In this document: positions 39,564 to 53,753 of the stretch, piece after piece | How positions within the stretch are numbered: the first letter of the stretch is position 1 | Layout: each line of letters begins with the position of its first letter | Origin: the human T2T-CHM13v2.0 reference genome, Homo sapiens | Direction: 5' to 3' (one strand) | Length of the DNA: 64,000 nt | Assembly: GCF_009914755.1 (NCBI RefSeq) | Contig: NC_060927.1 | Made by a program: the position numbers and the translations under genes | Notes under the pieces: generated by a model | What the model was told of the DNA's origin: nothing | Databases searched by the model: none | The model's input: the letters and a program-made list of their open reading frames with translations, nothing else

Positions 39564-40269
39564 AATGCATGCAGATATAGAAGGAGGTGTGTATATGTGT
39601 GTCTGAGTGACTATTCTCTATCCTATCACTGTAAAAACACTTGACAGATCTCTCAACCATTGAAAGAAGGTCATCTTAGATCTTCTATATAATTAATCAA
39701 AAGAACTATTCATACAAAAATTGCATTATGTGTCATCTTCATTTTTCATTAGGTATTTTGATTGGATGTTGTTTTTGAGAGGAAAAGAATTCATTTATTC
39801 TCATGTTCTTGTTCTTTTTCTCATTTTAATATGAAATAACAGCACCAGAGAAAGTTCCAAAATATCTTGAAGGACAGAGTTTCAGGGCTATCATTGCATT
39901 TGTAAGAGTTGGGAGGAAAATTTCCAATTCATAGTAGTAGCCAAATGTTGCAAATCTTCATGTACCCTCCACCTAAGTATTACAGACTCTGCATCATGTA
40001 ACCTGGTTACTGCCAGAATTGAGATCTCCCTTCTCCTCTTCACTTATCCAAATGTGTGATTCATCTCTGTGGGATATGACAAACCAACCACACTGGGCAA
40101 AAAGGCCCTGCCTGAGCCCTCTCAGTTCCCAGGAGAACCATTCAACACAAAAGTTAAATGGTGCATTTCAGGCACCCTGCCCATCCTGAACCCTGGATTT
40201 ATGCCAAGGAAAGGCATTCCACTAATCAAGCTATCTCTAGTCCTCAGGACCAAGGAGATGGCCTAATCT

Positions 40270-40436
40270 CATGCTTCCCAAAGTTAAATGGGCATATAAA
40301 TCACCTGGGAGTCTCGTTAAAAAGCAGATTCTGCTTCAGTGGGTTTGGAAAGGCCTGAGATTCTGCATTTCCAACAATCTGCCAGGAGGTGCTGATCATG
40401 CTGCTGGACAGCAGGCCACACCTGGAGTATCAAGGG
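40270..40436. mobile_element. MER5A1-like
   Basis: aatcacctgggagtctcgttaaaaagcagattctgcttcagtgggtttgg...ggcctgagattctgcatttc. Confidence 0.75.
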
Positions 40437-43400
40437 TCTAGTTCATACACAAATGCAAAATTGGGCTTCAAAGAGAAGTGTTTGATTTTTTGAAAGGTTC
40501 ATCCTGGGTTCTCATCCAGGGTGATCCATAAAATTTTCCATATCTTCATGTGGCATTAAAAACTCCAGACAATCCTCAGAAAAATCTATTCACCTTTTAA
40601 GCCTTTGGATTCCACAAGGCTACCACACCCCAAGTATGGAGGGAGACCATTATTCCATACATAACTTTAAAGGCATCCCCTTTGTGACTTAGCCACATGT
40701 TCTTTTGTGTTATTTATCCAAAGAATAAGCACCTGATAATTTCAGATTTTCCAAAATGGCGAATGTTTGACATAAATGTGTTTAATACTCTGCAAAGCCT
40801 CTCCAACTCAGTGTATTTGGGATGCAAGGGTTGGTATCACTATGTAAATAAGGAACTACTTTACAGTACAGTTTAATGAACCAAGTACATGCAGGAACCC
40901 TATTTAAGTGAAAGTATTAATTCCTTGGAGGAAATGCTTTAATACTGAAGAATGACTTGTGATTAGCATATCAACAAGAATAAACAGTCTTAAGATACCC
41001 AAGGGTACTTAAGGACAGAAGCTTTCAACAAACTTCTTAAACTCCTGTTTATACTCTTAAATTGCTTGGTAAACGCCTCCTTCTAAGGTACTTTAAAAGG
41101 TCAAGTTTTGCCCAAGTCTCCTCTCTGAAAACTAATGAGGCTTTAATGTATTCAGAAATGCAAAAGTAACATCAAAGTTATTTGATTGACCCAAGCCAAA
41201 GAACCTTCTAGAATAGCAACATATTTTGGCTGGGTTTCTACCTTAAAGTCACCTCTCCTCCTAAATAGGATAATTTAAAGAACATTTATTTCAACATATT
41301 GGCAGAATTACTAGGTCATTTGTGAGCAGAATAATTCTTTTCTACCTTTTTAGAATGGTCAGATATGAGAAACAAAGCATGTAAACAACACTAAAGGTGG
41401 CTGCTCTACTTTACAAGGATCCTAAGAACTAGAAATAGTAGTCTTCAGTTAAACCAGAAAATTTTAAATTAAAGGTTAGATGACTGAACTCTTGCACTGA
41501 GCAGTCGACCCCACCATGCTTTCATTATGCCAATGAATTATATCTGTTTCAATCACTGGTGTCAAAAGGTTGTGGGTTCAACTCCAGGTTGTGCCACTTA
41601 CTGTCAGTGTGACCTAGGGTAAGTTAAATTTTGCAAGGTTTAGACTTTTCATCTGTAAAGCAGGGATACTAAGCAGTAAGTGCTTACTTCATGATGTTGC
41701 GGAAGCCTGCTACCGAGCCTTTCCTATAATGGGCATAGTTACTCTATACATATACTATACATACGGGATTACATACTATTGCTACTTTTACTGTGCACAG
41801 AACAAGGTTGGTCCTTGAGCTTTTAAAGAGACACATTAACAAGTAAAGACAAGAACTGCCAACCAAAGCACATACTAAATCTATGAAACACCTGACTACA
41901 AGAGATGACTCAGGATTAAAAAAAATAAAGAGATGGCTCTTAAACTATCAAGAGTTCTGAACTCATCTTAACCTCTGAGGTTCAAGTCTAGGAAGACAGC
42001 AATATTCTTCTGCAATGTGACCTTCCACATGGGTGTTTTGCCTACAAATCAAAGTTTTTATTTTGGATGCCCAGCCTTCATCCAAGCTGAGTTAAAAAGT
42101 TAACTTATTTTTTCTTCTCTTAGTAATAGTAGGCAGTAATGATTGTGGTCCTGGTACTTCTTCAGAGTTAATATCTATGATTTCTTAAAATGTTTATTCT
42201 GGAGAATTTTTTGTAGATATCCTCTACCCTCCAAATGCCCCCAAAAGGTGTATGTTAGTATAAAGTCCCATTATTCTAGCAAAATCAGCCCTTAAGACCA
42301 CATTCATGTCTTAGGGTGACACTGCGCTACCAAGAAAAAAAAATTTTCTTGAACTGATAACAATTTAGAAACTCACTCCCAGTAAAGCATAGAACTCAGC
42401 ACAAACACCAAATTCATTATATATATGTAATATATATGTAGATTTACACACCTTTGTATAGCTATCCTTGTTTTAAAAAACTAATTTTCAGCATTAGGCA
42501 CTTTCACTGCTTCTGCTCTAACCCAAATTGCTGATTGTAAAAAGGGGATTTTCTCCCCTGTATTTACTTTGGAAACAGACACCAGCCACGGAGAAGTAGT
42601 TGAGTGCAACTGCCCACAGACTCACACTGAAATTAGAGCACCTGAGCTGGTCCACTACCTGAGCCGTGTTCCTCAAGGAAATTTCAAAAGAAAACCTCCA
42701 GGACCTCGGAGGGCCAAAAGGGCAGCTTGTAGCGGGACTCGGCTGACACAAGACTAAAGCCTAGGAGTTCTCTGTGTCCTTACCCTTGGGCTTCCTGAGA
42801 AACAAGATCCTGAGTCAGACACTGAAATCTTATGATTATGAGCAAATGGGCCTCATAATCCCAATTAATCTCCAGAGTTGATTGTTAGAAATGCAAAGAT
42901 ACTCCCTAGAGACTGTTGCACAGACTAAGGAGTTTCTTCAACACTGAGAATGTAGATTAAGACTGCTGAGGGAGAAATAATTTAAGTAGTGATTGGGCTG
43001 TGAAAGAAAACATTGTCAATACCTATCTTACTTTTAGCTATTCACAAATATATAGATTTCAGAGAGAGGTAACACCATGATGCATAGTACTTAGGCCAAA
43101 TTTCAAAGAGCACATCTGACCATAGTATTACTCATCAACTTAATCAGGTAGCCATAAATCTCCTATGCTTCTAGACTAGAAAACAATACTCAAAGAGCGT
43201 TCTGTTTTCAATGTTGCTATTCTGTTTTGGGTTCTGTTAGCAGACTTTTTTTTGTTTTTGTCTTTTCTGTCTTGTATTTTCCCCCATCCCCTGTGAACAC
43301 TGGATTCTTGGTCACATCTTAATTTATGACTATTTACTCAGCTGATTAACCGTAGGCATTCGTCTTATTCAAGCAAATCTTGTTCTGAGCAACAGATAAA

Positions 43401-45543
43401 CTGGAACCCCAAGGACAGAGCAGCCATGGCTCCGTATTAATCATCTGCTCATCCCATTTCCCCATCCTACAGCAGACCATGAAAGCTGGGGTTGCCTCAG
43501 AGGGCTTGGCTTCAGGCACCTCCTCCCTGAAGCACTCTCAGAGGGGCATATTCATATGGAGCAGGAGGGAGGCTTTGGTGATTGGCTTCTGTGATAGGTT
43601 TCTTGAGGGAATGGAAAGGTTTTGAAGTTCTGAAGTATTTGAAGTGTCTCTTCATAAGTTCACAAGTGGGTACAAAATGGTAGAACAAAATGTACTAAAC
43701 ATTTAGGCCACAAAACATTCATTTTCTCCAGCTGAAATCACCAGAAGTGTTAGCTGGGGAGAAATCAGAATCTGCCTAATTTGCAACTCTTTTGAAGAGA
43801 ATATAAAATCAGCTTTGCCTCCACCCAAAGAAGAGGACACACTGTCCTGTTTTCACTAACTTTCACTATTTTGACAAAGAGAAAGAATGAGATAACTCTG
43901 GCTAAAACTTGTCATGAAAGTGTCTGATAGAGGCATCTCTAGCATTCCTGGGTTACTGATGTTATATAACTAAAACCTGTAAGGAAAAAAGTGAATAATG
44001 TGATCCTTAATGGAAACGGAAATAGAGAGTCACAGGTATTCCTAACTTGCAGTCATGCAAATTATCCAAGAGATTACATCTCGGTATTGTAGCCAGGTCA
44101 TTCTCCTCTACAATACCCAGAAATTCTTTCTTTCCATCCTCTATTTCATTGTCTCTCCCCACCCTCAACCCCAAACACACAAACCTAGGCATCCCTGTAA
44201 AGGAGGAAATATAAAAGCAAAGAGTAAGCAACTTGCTACAATGCCACACCAGGTAACAGGTAACTGGCCTTCCCCCTGCTTGGAATAGAGGAAAAGTACA
44301 AATTATACACCTGGCAAATATTTGCGTGGTCTCCAGAGCAGTAAGATTCATCCATTTGCTCACAAAATCACACAACTGAAGCTGAGCGAATAAATCAATT
44401 CAATTCATTTCAACAAACATTTATCAAGCTCCAGTCTGAATATAGAGTTTTTCTGGGGGGAAAAAAAAATCATAATGCACCTGGCTATTGGAGCTGATTT
44501 TTTAAGAAGTCTAGAAATTTCTTCCTCCTTTCTGAGAAACGAGGCAACCAACTCCCTTAAATAATCAACACAGATGTATTTTATATTGTAAAATGTAAGT
44601 AGCCCAAGGTATGCCGCTTCCTTTTTTGTAGGTGGAAAAGAATCCACTTCTTATCTTTCTGGGAAAACACAATTGTGTTTGTTGTACAAAAACACAGTGT
44701 CCCCATTTACTAAGAAATCAATGAGTAATCACCAAGCCATGAATCACCTTTTAGTATTTTTGCTATAAAGATGAGAAGCACTATATATTGAAACAGGCTA
44801 TGGCATCGCTGCTCTATAGTATAAATTCAGACTTATCAAGAATCTACTTAAAATATTCTAAACATGCAATGGAAGGGCAGGGCAAAACCAATCTTTGCCA
44901 AACATTTAAGGAGATGTTATACACAAATTTCCTCCTGGGAAACTTCTGAGTGGAGGTAAGATAATTTAGGCGACTCGATCAGGAGTCATGCTCTACTACT
45001 TACCTGGGGGCTTCAAGGGAAGACATTTATAAACTCTCAGACCTAAATTTCTCTCCTTTAAGACAAGGTTAATCATACCTCTTCTATCTAACTTATGGGG
45101 TTACTGTGAAGGTCAAATGAAATAATGAATATGAAGGTTTCAAAACCATTGTTTTATGTTTTATGATTGATATCAGTGATGTCAACGTTTAACTCTACAG
45201 TCCCAAAGACATGGTAGAAGATGGAAAACAACCTCCAAAAACCCATCTCTGATATCAAAAGTGTGCAATGGGCTATTTAAAAGTTCAGATGAGCTGTGGT
45301 TCTTTGTGCTTAGCCACAAAAACAGCCTTAGAATCATAAAGCCAGTTTTAAAAAGAAGGGAAAACAATTTTTTTCTTTGTCCTATTCTCTTCTGTCATAT
45401 TAGATGGTAGGCGGACACTGTTTTTACTTATCAGGTATCAAACTGCTGTTGGCTACTAAATATTATATTTTGTGTCAGTCTCCTTAATTTATATACTCAA
45501 ACAGTTAAGATGAAGCAAACCTAAACATATCTCACTGAGTTAG

Positions 45544-45894
<351 letters not shown>

Positions 45895-46500
45895 TAAGGT
45901 AATGTCCCTGACTCAGTTTGGAATAGGAGACAGCCAGACAGAGGATTACAAACAGGTCAGAGTACGGAGAGAAGAGGCAGGGAAAACCATCAAACCCCAT
46001 TGGGCAGGTGCTGCCTGAACCAAGTGTTAAGGATATAGTATGGTTGCTAGCCAACAGGGGGTGAGGAAGGGCACAGCACGGATAAACAGACACCGTGTGC
46101 AGTGTGCACGAATGCCCCGCAATGTGCTACCATAGATGGACACAGTGGGAATCAGGATGGGCCGTAGATGAGGCTGGAGGGGGAGGCAGAGGTCATGTCA
46201 TAGGAACCTGTGACTGGGGATGTAGAACTGTGCTCCCTGGAGCTCCAAGTGTGGGGCTACTCTGTGGAGGGAGGTAGAGGTGCATCGGGGAGTGTTGTGT
46301 CGGCAAAGGGACGGCTCCATGAGGTAGATCCTAACTATCCTCCCAGAACATCCTGCTATTGTGTCAAATACTGGAGTTTCCTGTGGGGGAAAAATGTTTT
46401 GCTGCTTTAAAAAATAGTTGATACATTTAAGGTAAAGAGAAATCTCATTTGTAAAATTGTAATAAAAATAACCACAGCCCAGACATTTTAATATAGAAAA

Positions 46501-46851
46501 TGTATTAGTCTGTTTTTGCACTGCTAATAAAGACATACCTGAGACTGAGTAATTTATAAAGGAAAGAGGTTTAATTGACTCACAGTTCCACATGGCCGGG
46601 GAAGCCTCACAGTCATGGCTGGAAGTGAATGAGGAGCGAAGTCACATCTTACATGGTGCAGACAAGAACGCTTGTGTAGGGCAACTCCCCTTTATAAAAC
46701 CATCAGGTCTCTTGAGAGTTATTCACTACACGAGAACAGTATGAGGGAAACTGCCCCCAGGATTCAATCATCTACACCTGGCCCCACCCTTGACCGGGGA
46801 TTATTACAATTCAAGGTGAGATTTGGGTAGGGAGACAGCCAAACCATATCA
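46501..46851 (-). mobile_element. THE1 (MaLR) solo LTR
   Basis: tgtattagtctgtttttgcactgctaataaagacatacctgagactg...ccaaaccatatca; perfect TSD gaaaa (46496-46500 and 46852-46856). Confidence 0.94.
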
Positions 46852-47209
46852 GAAAACATACACAATATTCTTTTAGGATTCATACAAAATGCTTGCGTAT
46901 TTTTTGTGGACTTCTACCTGAGAAGGATCGTTTTATTTAGATATAAACAGGGTAGAAAAATCAAGGGCTTCAGCTGGTTTCAGCTTCCTAGAACAAGATG
47001 CAGCCCTGCAGTTGTGGGGCGGTCAGTCACCTGCAGATAATAAAGTGGGCTGTTGGTGAGGTACCTTGGAGGAACGCCAACATAAGGACAGACAGACATG
47101 CAGACCCATTTCAAGCTTGTTGCAGATCCAGTGTTGCAGGACATGACCCAGGAAACCACCACCTCTATAATTAAGTTTTAAGTTTACTAACAGTATTTTT
47201 TTAAACAGA

Positions 47210-47420
47210 GATCAGGGCATGGGGTGGAGTGAGGGATAGTAGGGTATGGGGAGTTAATATTTAACTGGTTCAGGGTTTCAGTTGAGGATGATGAAAAAGT
47301 TCTGGAGATGGGTAGCGGTGAAGGTTGCACAACAATGTGAATGTACTTAATGCTGCTGAATTGTATGCTCACTTAAAATGGCTAAGGGGGTAATTACTGT
47401 ATGTACGTTCTACGATAAGA
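47210..47420 (+). mobile_element. L1MB-type 3' terminal fragment
   Basis: ggatgatgaaaaagttctggagatgggtagcggtgaaggttgcacaacaatgtgaatgtacttaatg. Confidence 0.82.
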
Positions 47421-49404
47421 GAAAGAGGTACCACTAAAAAGATTTCCAGTAAGATAAATTCAGCTAGGAGCCTCATACCACCTCCCTGAATGTGATGCAC
47501 AGATCAAAACTGAATTTCTCAAGCCATACTCGAAGTATCAACTCGAAGATGTTAAACAGTAACGGGCAAGTTTTCTAAAACAAGAAGTCACCTTCTCCTT
47601 AAAGGAGACTGAGTTCTTCACATATGGAGTTCCTAACTCTTCCCTGCTGTCCACAAAGATGATATGGTTATTATTATCATGATTGTTGTAACAGACATTT
47701 TGTAATTTATCTAGAAAAATTGTGTAACCAGCTGCTACACTTGTCTGCCTTTGTTGTAGAGAGGAACAAAATGGACACAGTAGTTCTGTGCTTCTCCTTG
47801 CAAAGTGAGCAACAGGACCAAGATCCGAAGCAATATCAGAGGCCACTGCACCCAGCAGCAGAGGTTGTAATGACCCCATTCTAGACCCTCACCACCAACA
47901 ACGCTCCTATGTAGTAGTAAGCATATATTTGCTTGCCGAACAGCAGATATTTCTTTTTGCATATGCAAAATATCCAAGCAGATTTAATGAAATTATACTT
48001 AAGGTTAAACTACAGAGATAAGAAATACAATCTCAATACCACAGTTAATTGGTTATTCTTTTTATTAAAGAGTCTCAAATGTTTCCCATGTACAAAATAG
48101 TTAAAAACCGTGAAGAGCCCTAAATTCTGTGCCTGTAATCCTGGCGGGGTTTCATTTTACAGGTTACAAATAACCCAGAATAGTAACTATTGATGGTTTA
48201 ATTACTTGAAAGTGCCTTATAATCACGAAGTCATTAAGGGTGTTATGAGATCTAAAAACTACAAGTCATGAGGGGGTTGTGCATCAAGTTATTTGGCAAC
48301 TCATTGATACAATATGAGGGGGAATGAAAGTATTTTGGACTAAAGCATTCTAAATACTTCAAATCAAAATTGAGCACACGAGTGCCAATCCATGTCCATC
48401 CCTAACAGAAAATCTCATCCTCTTTTCATCACTATTAGAAATTTTGTATCATCATTCACTGAGGCAGTGAGAACCTGCTAAAACCTTGCGGCTCTGAATT
48501 AATGAGAGAATGGTATAAAATGTGCATGTGTCTACATCCTTCAACACATCAACTACACCAAGCAATGCCACCAGGCCACATGGGTACCTTAATAATGTTA
48601 GGCATTCCGTATAAATCATTTTGCTAATGGTTTAGAGTATTGCTGTAACAGTTTTGCAGTTGGAAAAGCACAGGCTGTAAGTGGATTCATGGAAGCAACT
48701 TGTGGAGGTTATCCAGACTAGTGCTCTACTTAGAATTAAAGGATGTCATATCTAGAAGGAACTCTGGAGACCCTCTGGCCAGACCTCTTCGTTATACATG
48801 AAACCAAGGCCCAGAAAAGCTAAATGACTTGCTTAAGCTCACACAGCTAATGAGTCTCAAGGCCAAGACTCAAGGCCAGAAGAGCCATCTGTCCATGTCT
48901 GTCTTAAAGGCTTCCCAGCCCTACTTCACCTCAGGTTATTGACCCTGGCCCAGGCCATCAAAAGCAGTCAAGCCTTTGGTAACACTACCTCTCCCTAGAG
49001 TACCTACTTAATTCCCCTTCCACATACATCTATTCATCTTTTAAGACTCCACTCAAGAGTCACCTTTATATGAAGCCTTTCCTGGTCTTCCCACAGCCCC
49101 CACAGATTTGGCTCTGCTCTGTATACTCTTGCTGTGGTGCATGGAATACAACATTGAAGTGATCTATTTTCATGTCTCTCCACCCAGAGACTTCAAACCC
49201 TTGGAGGGCAAGGACCATGCCACATGTTTATCTATAAACCATGCCCTGATGGCAATGCCAGGCAGTTGTTAGATACTTATGAAGGCTGACACTGAATAAA
49301 TAAACAAAGGTAAACAAAACCCCAAGATAGAGCTAAAAGGGGTAGACTCATCTCCAAAGACAAAGATACCCAAAAGAGCACTTACACTACAGACAGCCTC
49401 AGCC

Positions 49405-49582
49405 CAGCAGCTCTCTATCCTGGCTGTGCATTGCAAGCATCTGGGAAGGTCTGGAATAAAACCTTCCCCAGCCCAACATCAGACAAACCAAAATCAAATT
49501 TTTAAAGAAAGGCCCAATTATCTATAGTTTTGCAAAATTATCCAGATGATTTCTATAAAAAGTGAAGGCTGCGAACCACTAG
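49405..49582. mobile_element. MER5B-like remnant
   Basis: cctggctgtgcattgcaagcatctggga...ccagatgatttct...gcgaaccact. Confidence 0.5.
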
Positions 49583-50574
49583 TAGCAATAAGAAATCCCA
49601 CACAGTCCCTGTATCAAGTTTTGGTAGCAACTCTACAGGTTCAACTACCTAGTAGAGCAATCGACCCATCCATATGGCATCTAGCACACAGGCACCCACG
49701 AAGGTCTTCCCTCCATGTTCACATGACAACCATCTAATTCATTATACTCAACAGATCATAGCACAAGGTGGCATGGTCTTCAGACAAATTAGATGCAAAC
49801 AACTTGGGGATCTATGAGGATGAAAAATTCATCAAGCCAACATATTTCAAAGGTGAATGATTCTCCTACTTATTGGAGAATGGAAGTAAAATTGTTACCT
49901 TTAATTCTAGCAAAACTACACTTTAAGAACAGATAATAAAGCCTGAGGATGAAGAAGAGAAATAACAACATAGGAATAAACTTCCCCAGACCCCAAGATA
50001 ACAGGAATCTGCCACCTCCTATTGTAATAAATGACAATAGCAGTAATCAAACCTTACATGTACATAGGAATTTATATTTAACAAAATACTTTCATAGTCA
50101 TTAATTGATTTCAACCTCACGATAGCTTCATGGGTTATATCATGAAAACTGTTTCTTTATATTCTAATTTTACAGATGAGAACAACTGAAGTTCCAAATA
50201 GATCTATGGCAAGCTCAAAGCTAAGGCAAGTTAAGGGTAGAACCAAAACCATACAACGGGTCCTCAATATCTAAATGAGGTTCTTGCTGCTCCACACCCC
50301 TTCACTAATCTCACAATAAAGACTCTCTCCTGAGACCTTATGCTACCTGAAGAAGAAATACTGTTGCTTCTCCTCCAAAACTTGTGAAATATAAAATTAT
50401 TCAGAAACCATTTTCACCCCACCAAAGTTCCACAGTGCTGCAACTGATTCCTGTTTCCTCTATTAACCTATCTTCTCTTTACACATTATTGAGACATTGG
50501 CTTTTTTAAGCACTAAAGACCAAATATAATATCCAAGTGGCAATTATATCACCAAATACAATGTAAGAATTGTA

Positions 50575-50620
50575 TTAGGTTGGCACAAAAGTTACTGCTG
50601 TTTTTGCCATTAAAAGTAAT
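50575..50620. mobile_element. MADE1 half copy (one TIR plus spacer), opposite orientation to the adjacent full copy
   Basis: ta-ttaggttggcacaaaagttactgctgtttttgccattaaaagtaat. Confidence 0.85.
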
Positions 50621-50627
50621 ACTGGTA

Positions 50628-50706
50628 TTAGGTTGGTGCAAAAGTATTGTCGTTTTTGCCATTACTTTTAATGGCAAAAACCACAATTATTTTTGCACCA
50701 TCCTAA
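50628..50706. mobile_element. MADE1 (Hsmar1-derived mariner MITE), complete
   Basis: ttaggttggtgcaaaagtattgtcgtttttgccattacttttaatggcaaaaaccacaattatttttgcaccatcctaa, 79 bp, flanked by TA on both sides. Confidence 0.93.
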
Positions 50707-50889
50707 TATTTAATACAAATAATGCCATTCTAAGCATACATAAAAACCAATAAATCAAATGTAGAATGTGGAGCACAAAGACATGTGTTTCTAACTTCAT
50801 TCCTCTATGAATGTTTCTTTTAGGTCATAAAATGTTCTATGAAAGCAAGACCATGGGAAGAACTGGCACATGTGTTTGGGAAGAGGAAA

Positions 50890-51120
50890 AGGTTATTGAG
50901 TGCCTACTATGTGTCAGGCACTGAGCTGAATGCTTCCACATATTAATGTTTTATACTTGAGTTTTCATTAACAGCTCTAATCTGTACTATTAATAAAAGA
51001 TAAAGAAATCCAGGCTCACAGGGTAAGTTGATTATCTTCACATGACTGGAACAGAGCAAAACCAGACTAGGAATCCAGCTCAGGCAGTCCTGCTCCAAAG
51101 TCCTTTTCATTATACTCTTT
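50890..51120 (-). mobile_element. MIR SINE
   Basis: ttattgagtgcctactatgtgtcaggcactgagct... Confidence 0.65.
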
Positions 51121-51320
51121 CCACTTATAAAAATGCTCAATTACACTCCCAGATACAGTGGAAATGTCAAAGCCTCTAAGCTTTTTCCAAACCCACATCT
51201 TGTGCCCATTCAGGTCCCCACTCTGCCTGGACAGCATTAATTCCTAAATAGTCTACACTCTCACCGTCCCCACTTGCACCTCAATGTTAAGAGTTTTGCC
51301 ATTCTGTGTGATTTTTAGAG

Positions 51321-51514
51321 CAGTGGTTTTACCCCCACAGAAGACACAGGAAAAACTGGAGACATTTTCAGCTGTCACAACTTAGGGGTGCTGCTGCTTT
51401 GTAGTTGGATGAGGCCAGGGAGGCTGCTATATATCTTGCAATGCACAGTACAGCCCCCACAACAAAGAATTATCCAGCCCCATATCTCAGGAGTGCTGAG
51501 GCTGAGAAACCCTG
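51321..51514. mobile_element. MER20 (hAT-Charlie)
   Basis: ctggagacattttcagctgtcacaact...gaggccagggaggctgct...cagcccccacaacaaagaattatccagccc...gtgctgaggctgagaaaccctg. Confidence 0.85.
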
Positions 51515-52339
51515 CCTTACAGTGATAATGTGATTTAATAAATGTTCTTCCTCCCCAGTAAAATGAGACCATAACCACCATGAGGAATAACTGAGACAAT
51601 ATACATAAAAACCTCTGGTGCACAGTGAACTCTCAGTCCTAATTAGATAATCTGATTACGCACTTCTTAAGAGTAGGAACCTCCTCAGTTAGCTCTGCAT
51701 TATTCCCATACAAAGCACAGGGCTTTTTTCATGGGCACTCAACAAATGTGAAAGAATGTATTCTTTATGTTAGAAATTCTTGATTAAAAAACAAACGCCA
51801 CTATTATCTATAAAACACACCATTCTCCCATACTCACTCCTTGCCAAACAATAAGTGAATAGTATAATACATGATTCATTGCAGCAGGCTATGAAAAGCT
51901 ACAGTGCATCCAGGATAATGTTATAGAATCACCTCCATAAATAAACTATTAATAAACTTGCTATTGAAATGTTTTATCTTATTTTAACAGAAGGTTAATG
52001 AAGAGATCGTGATATACAGATTTGAGAAAATCTCCACCCAACAGGCCAAGATTTTGCTATATAAGGTCAGTTTTGACAATATTGATTCTCAGGTCTTGAG
52101 TTAAATTATTCAGCTTTAAACTGTAATCATAAGCATATCAAATAAAAACACTGAAAGTCAAATCTTTGAATAAGCCAAAACAGGCGGGTATCACATCTCA
52201 GGGCAAGATCTTTGATTTTTGCTTTTCTCAGTTTATGTAAGTTTGAGTCAGCATGGAAATCCTAAAATAAATGATTACAAAAAGTATAGGATTAGCATTC
52301 ACTCAAGTGACCTATAACAGGATAACATACAATCATTTT

Positions 52340-52524
52340 TGCAGTTTCTGGAGGTGCGGTCCCAGGACCTTGAACAACAGAATGAGCATTTATACTTATT
52401 AAATGTTCAAAGAGGATACCCCAGACCCACTGAATCAAAATTTCAGAAGTTGGAGCCGGGAAATCTACATTTTAAATCCTTTCCCAAATATTCATTTTAC
52501 ATACTAAAGTTTGAGGACCTCTGC
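52340..52524. mobile_element. MER5-family remnant
   Basis: ccccagacccactgaatcaaaatt...ctaaagtttgaggacctctg. Confidence 0.6.
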
Positions 52525-52809
52525 CAGGAGACCAGACCCCAGAAAATTGCTTTGCCTCATTTTGTAAATTTCTAGCATAGTCTTGCTTCTGCAGACTACT
52601 GGTAATTCATTAAACATAAGATCCACATCCCCATCCCATTATAAAAAAAAAAAAATAGGTAGAGGATTTTGTTTATTGCTTTTGTGCAAATATATTTTTC
52701 TAAAGTACAAAGATTAACATTTTATGAAAATGCTAAAAAAAATTTAAAACTGGGAACAAATATAGAAAGAATTATCAAGGAAAACATAGCTCAATTCTGG
52801 GCCCCAGAA

Positions 52810-53185
52810 GTGTCAACATTTACTGTGTGCCAGACTAGGGATAGTGATGGCCTAGACAGACTAGGTCTCTGACTTAATTTTCCCTTGACTTATGTATTTA
52901 AATTGCTAAATACAGACATAAACAAGGAAGTAAGATAATTCAGAGAGTGGCAATACCATAAAAACAATAAAGCAGGTTAATGTAATAAAGAAAGTCTATG
53001 GCAGAGGGAAGCAGAGGCAGTGGCTAGCTGTAATAGACACAGGGATGAAAAGTGGCTTCCTTGAGAAGGTAACATTTGAGCTGAGACCTGAAGGAGAAGG
53101 AGCCAGCCATGAGAGGGCTGGGGGAAAGTGTTCTAAGTAGAGGGAACTATGACTTTAAAGACCCTGAAGTGAGAACAAGGTGCTC
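52810..53185 (+). mobile_element. LINE-2 fragment
   Basis: ggcttccttgagaaggtaacatttgagctgagacctgaaggagaaggagccagccatg. Strand not firmly assigned. Confidence 0.6.
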
Positions 53186-53437
53186 ATTCTAATATAGAAA
53201 TTAAATAATATATTCAAAAGGTTTTATGGAATATAAAACTATTTACAAGCATAAAACACGACTTTTAGTGACAGAATAGTTCGTGGGGATAATGAAGGGC
53301 CTCAGCTCTATGCCATAAGAATGAATCAAGCAACTGAGGCTACATTGCCTGGACAACAGGAGATGTAAGTATATGTTTGGAGGAAGAACGGAGAAATTTT
53401 CTTCAAATATCAAAAGGACTACACAAAAGGACTACAT

Positions 53438-53753
<316 letters not shown>

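Noticed and set aside
41560-41700. tRNA-like B box (gggttcaactcc)
   Set aside because: It is the tRNA-derived head of a MIR, followed by the MIR core; no cloverleaf.
47922-47946. Weak similarity to the U6 5' end (tatatttgcttgccgaacagca)
   Set aside because: Needs several gaps and mismatches in about 24 nt; consistent with chance.
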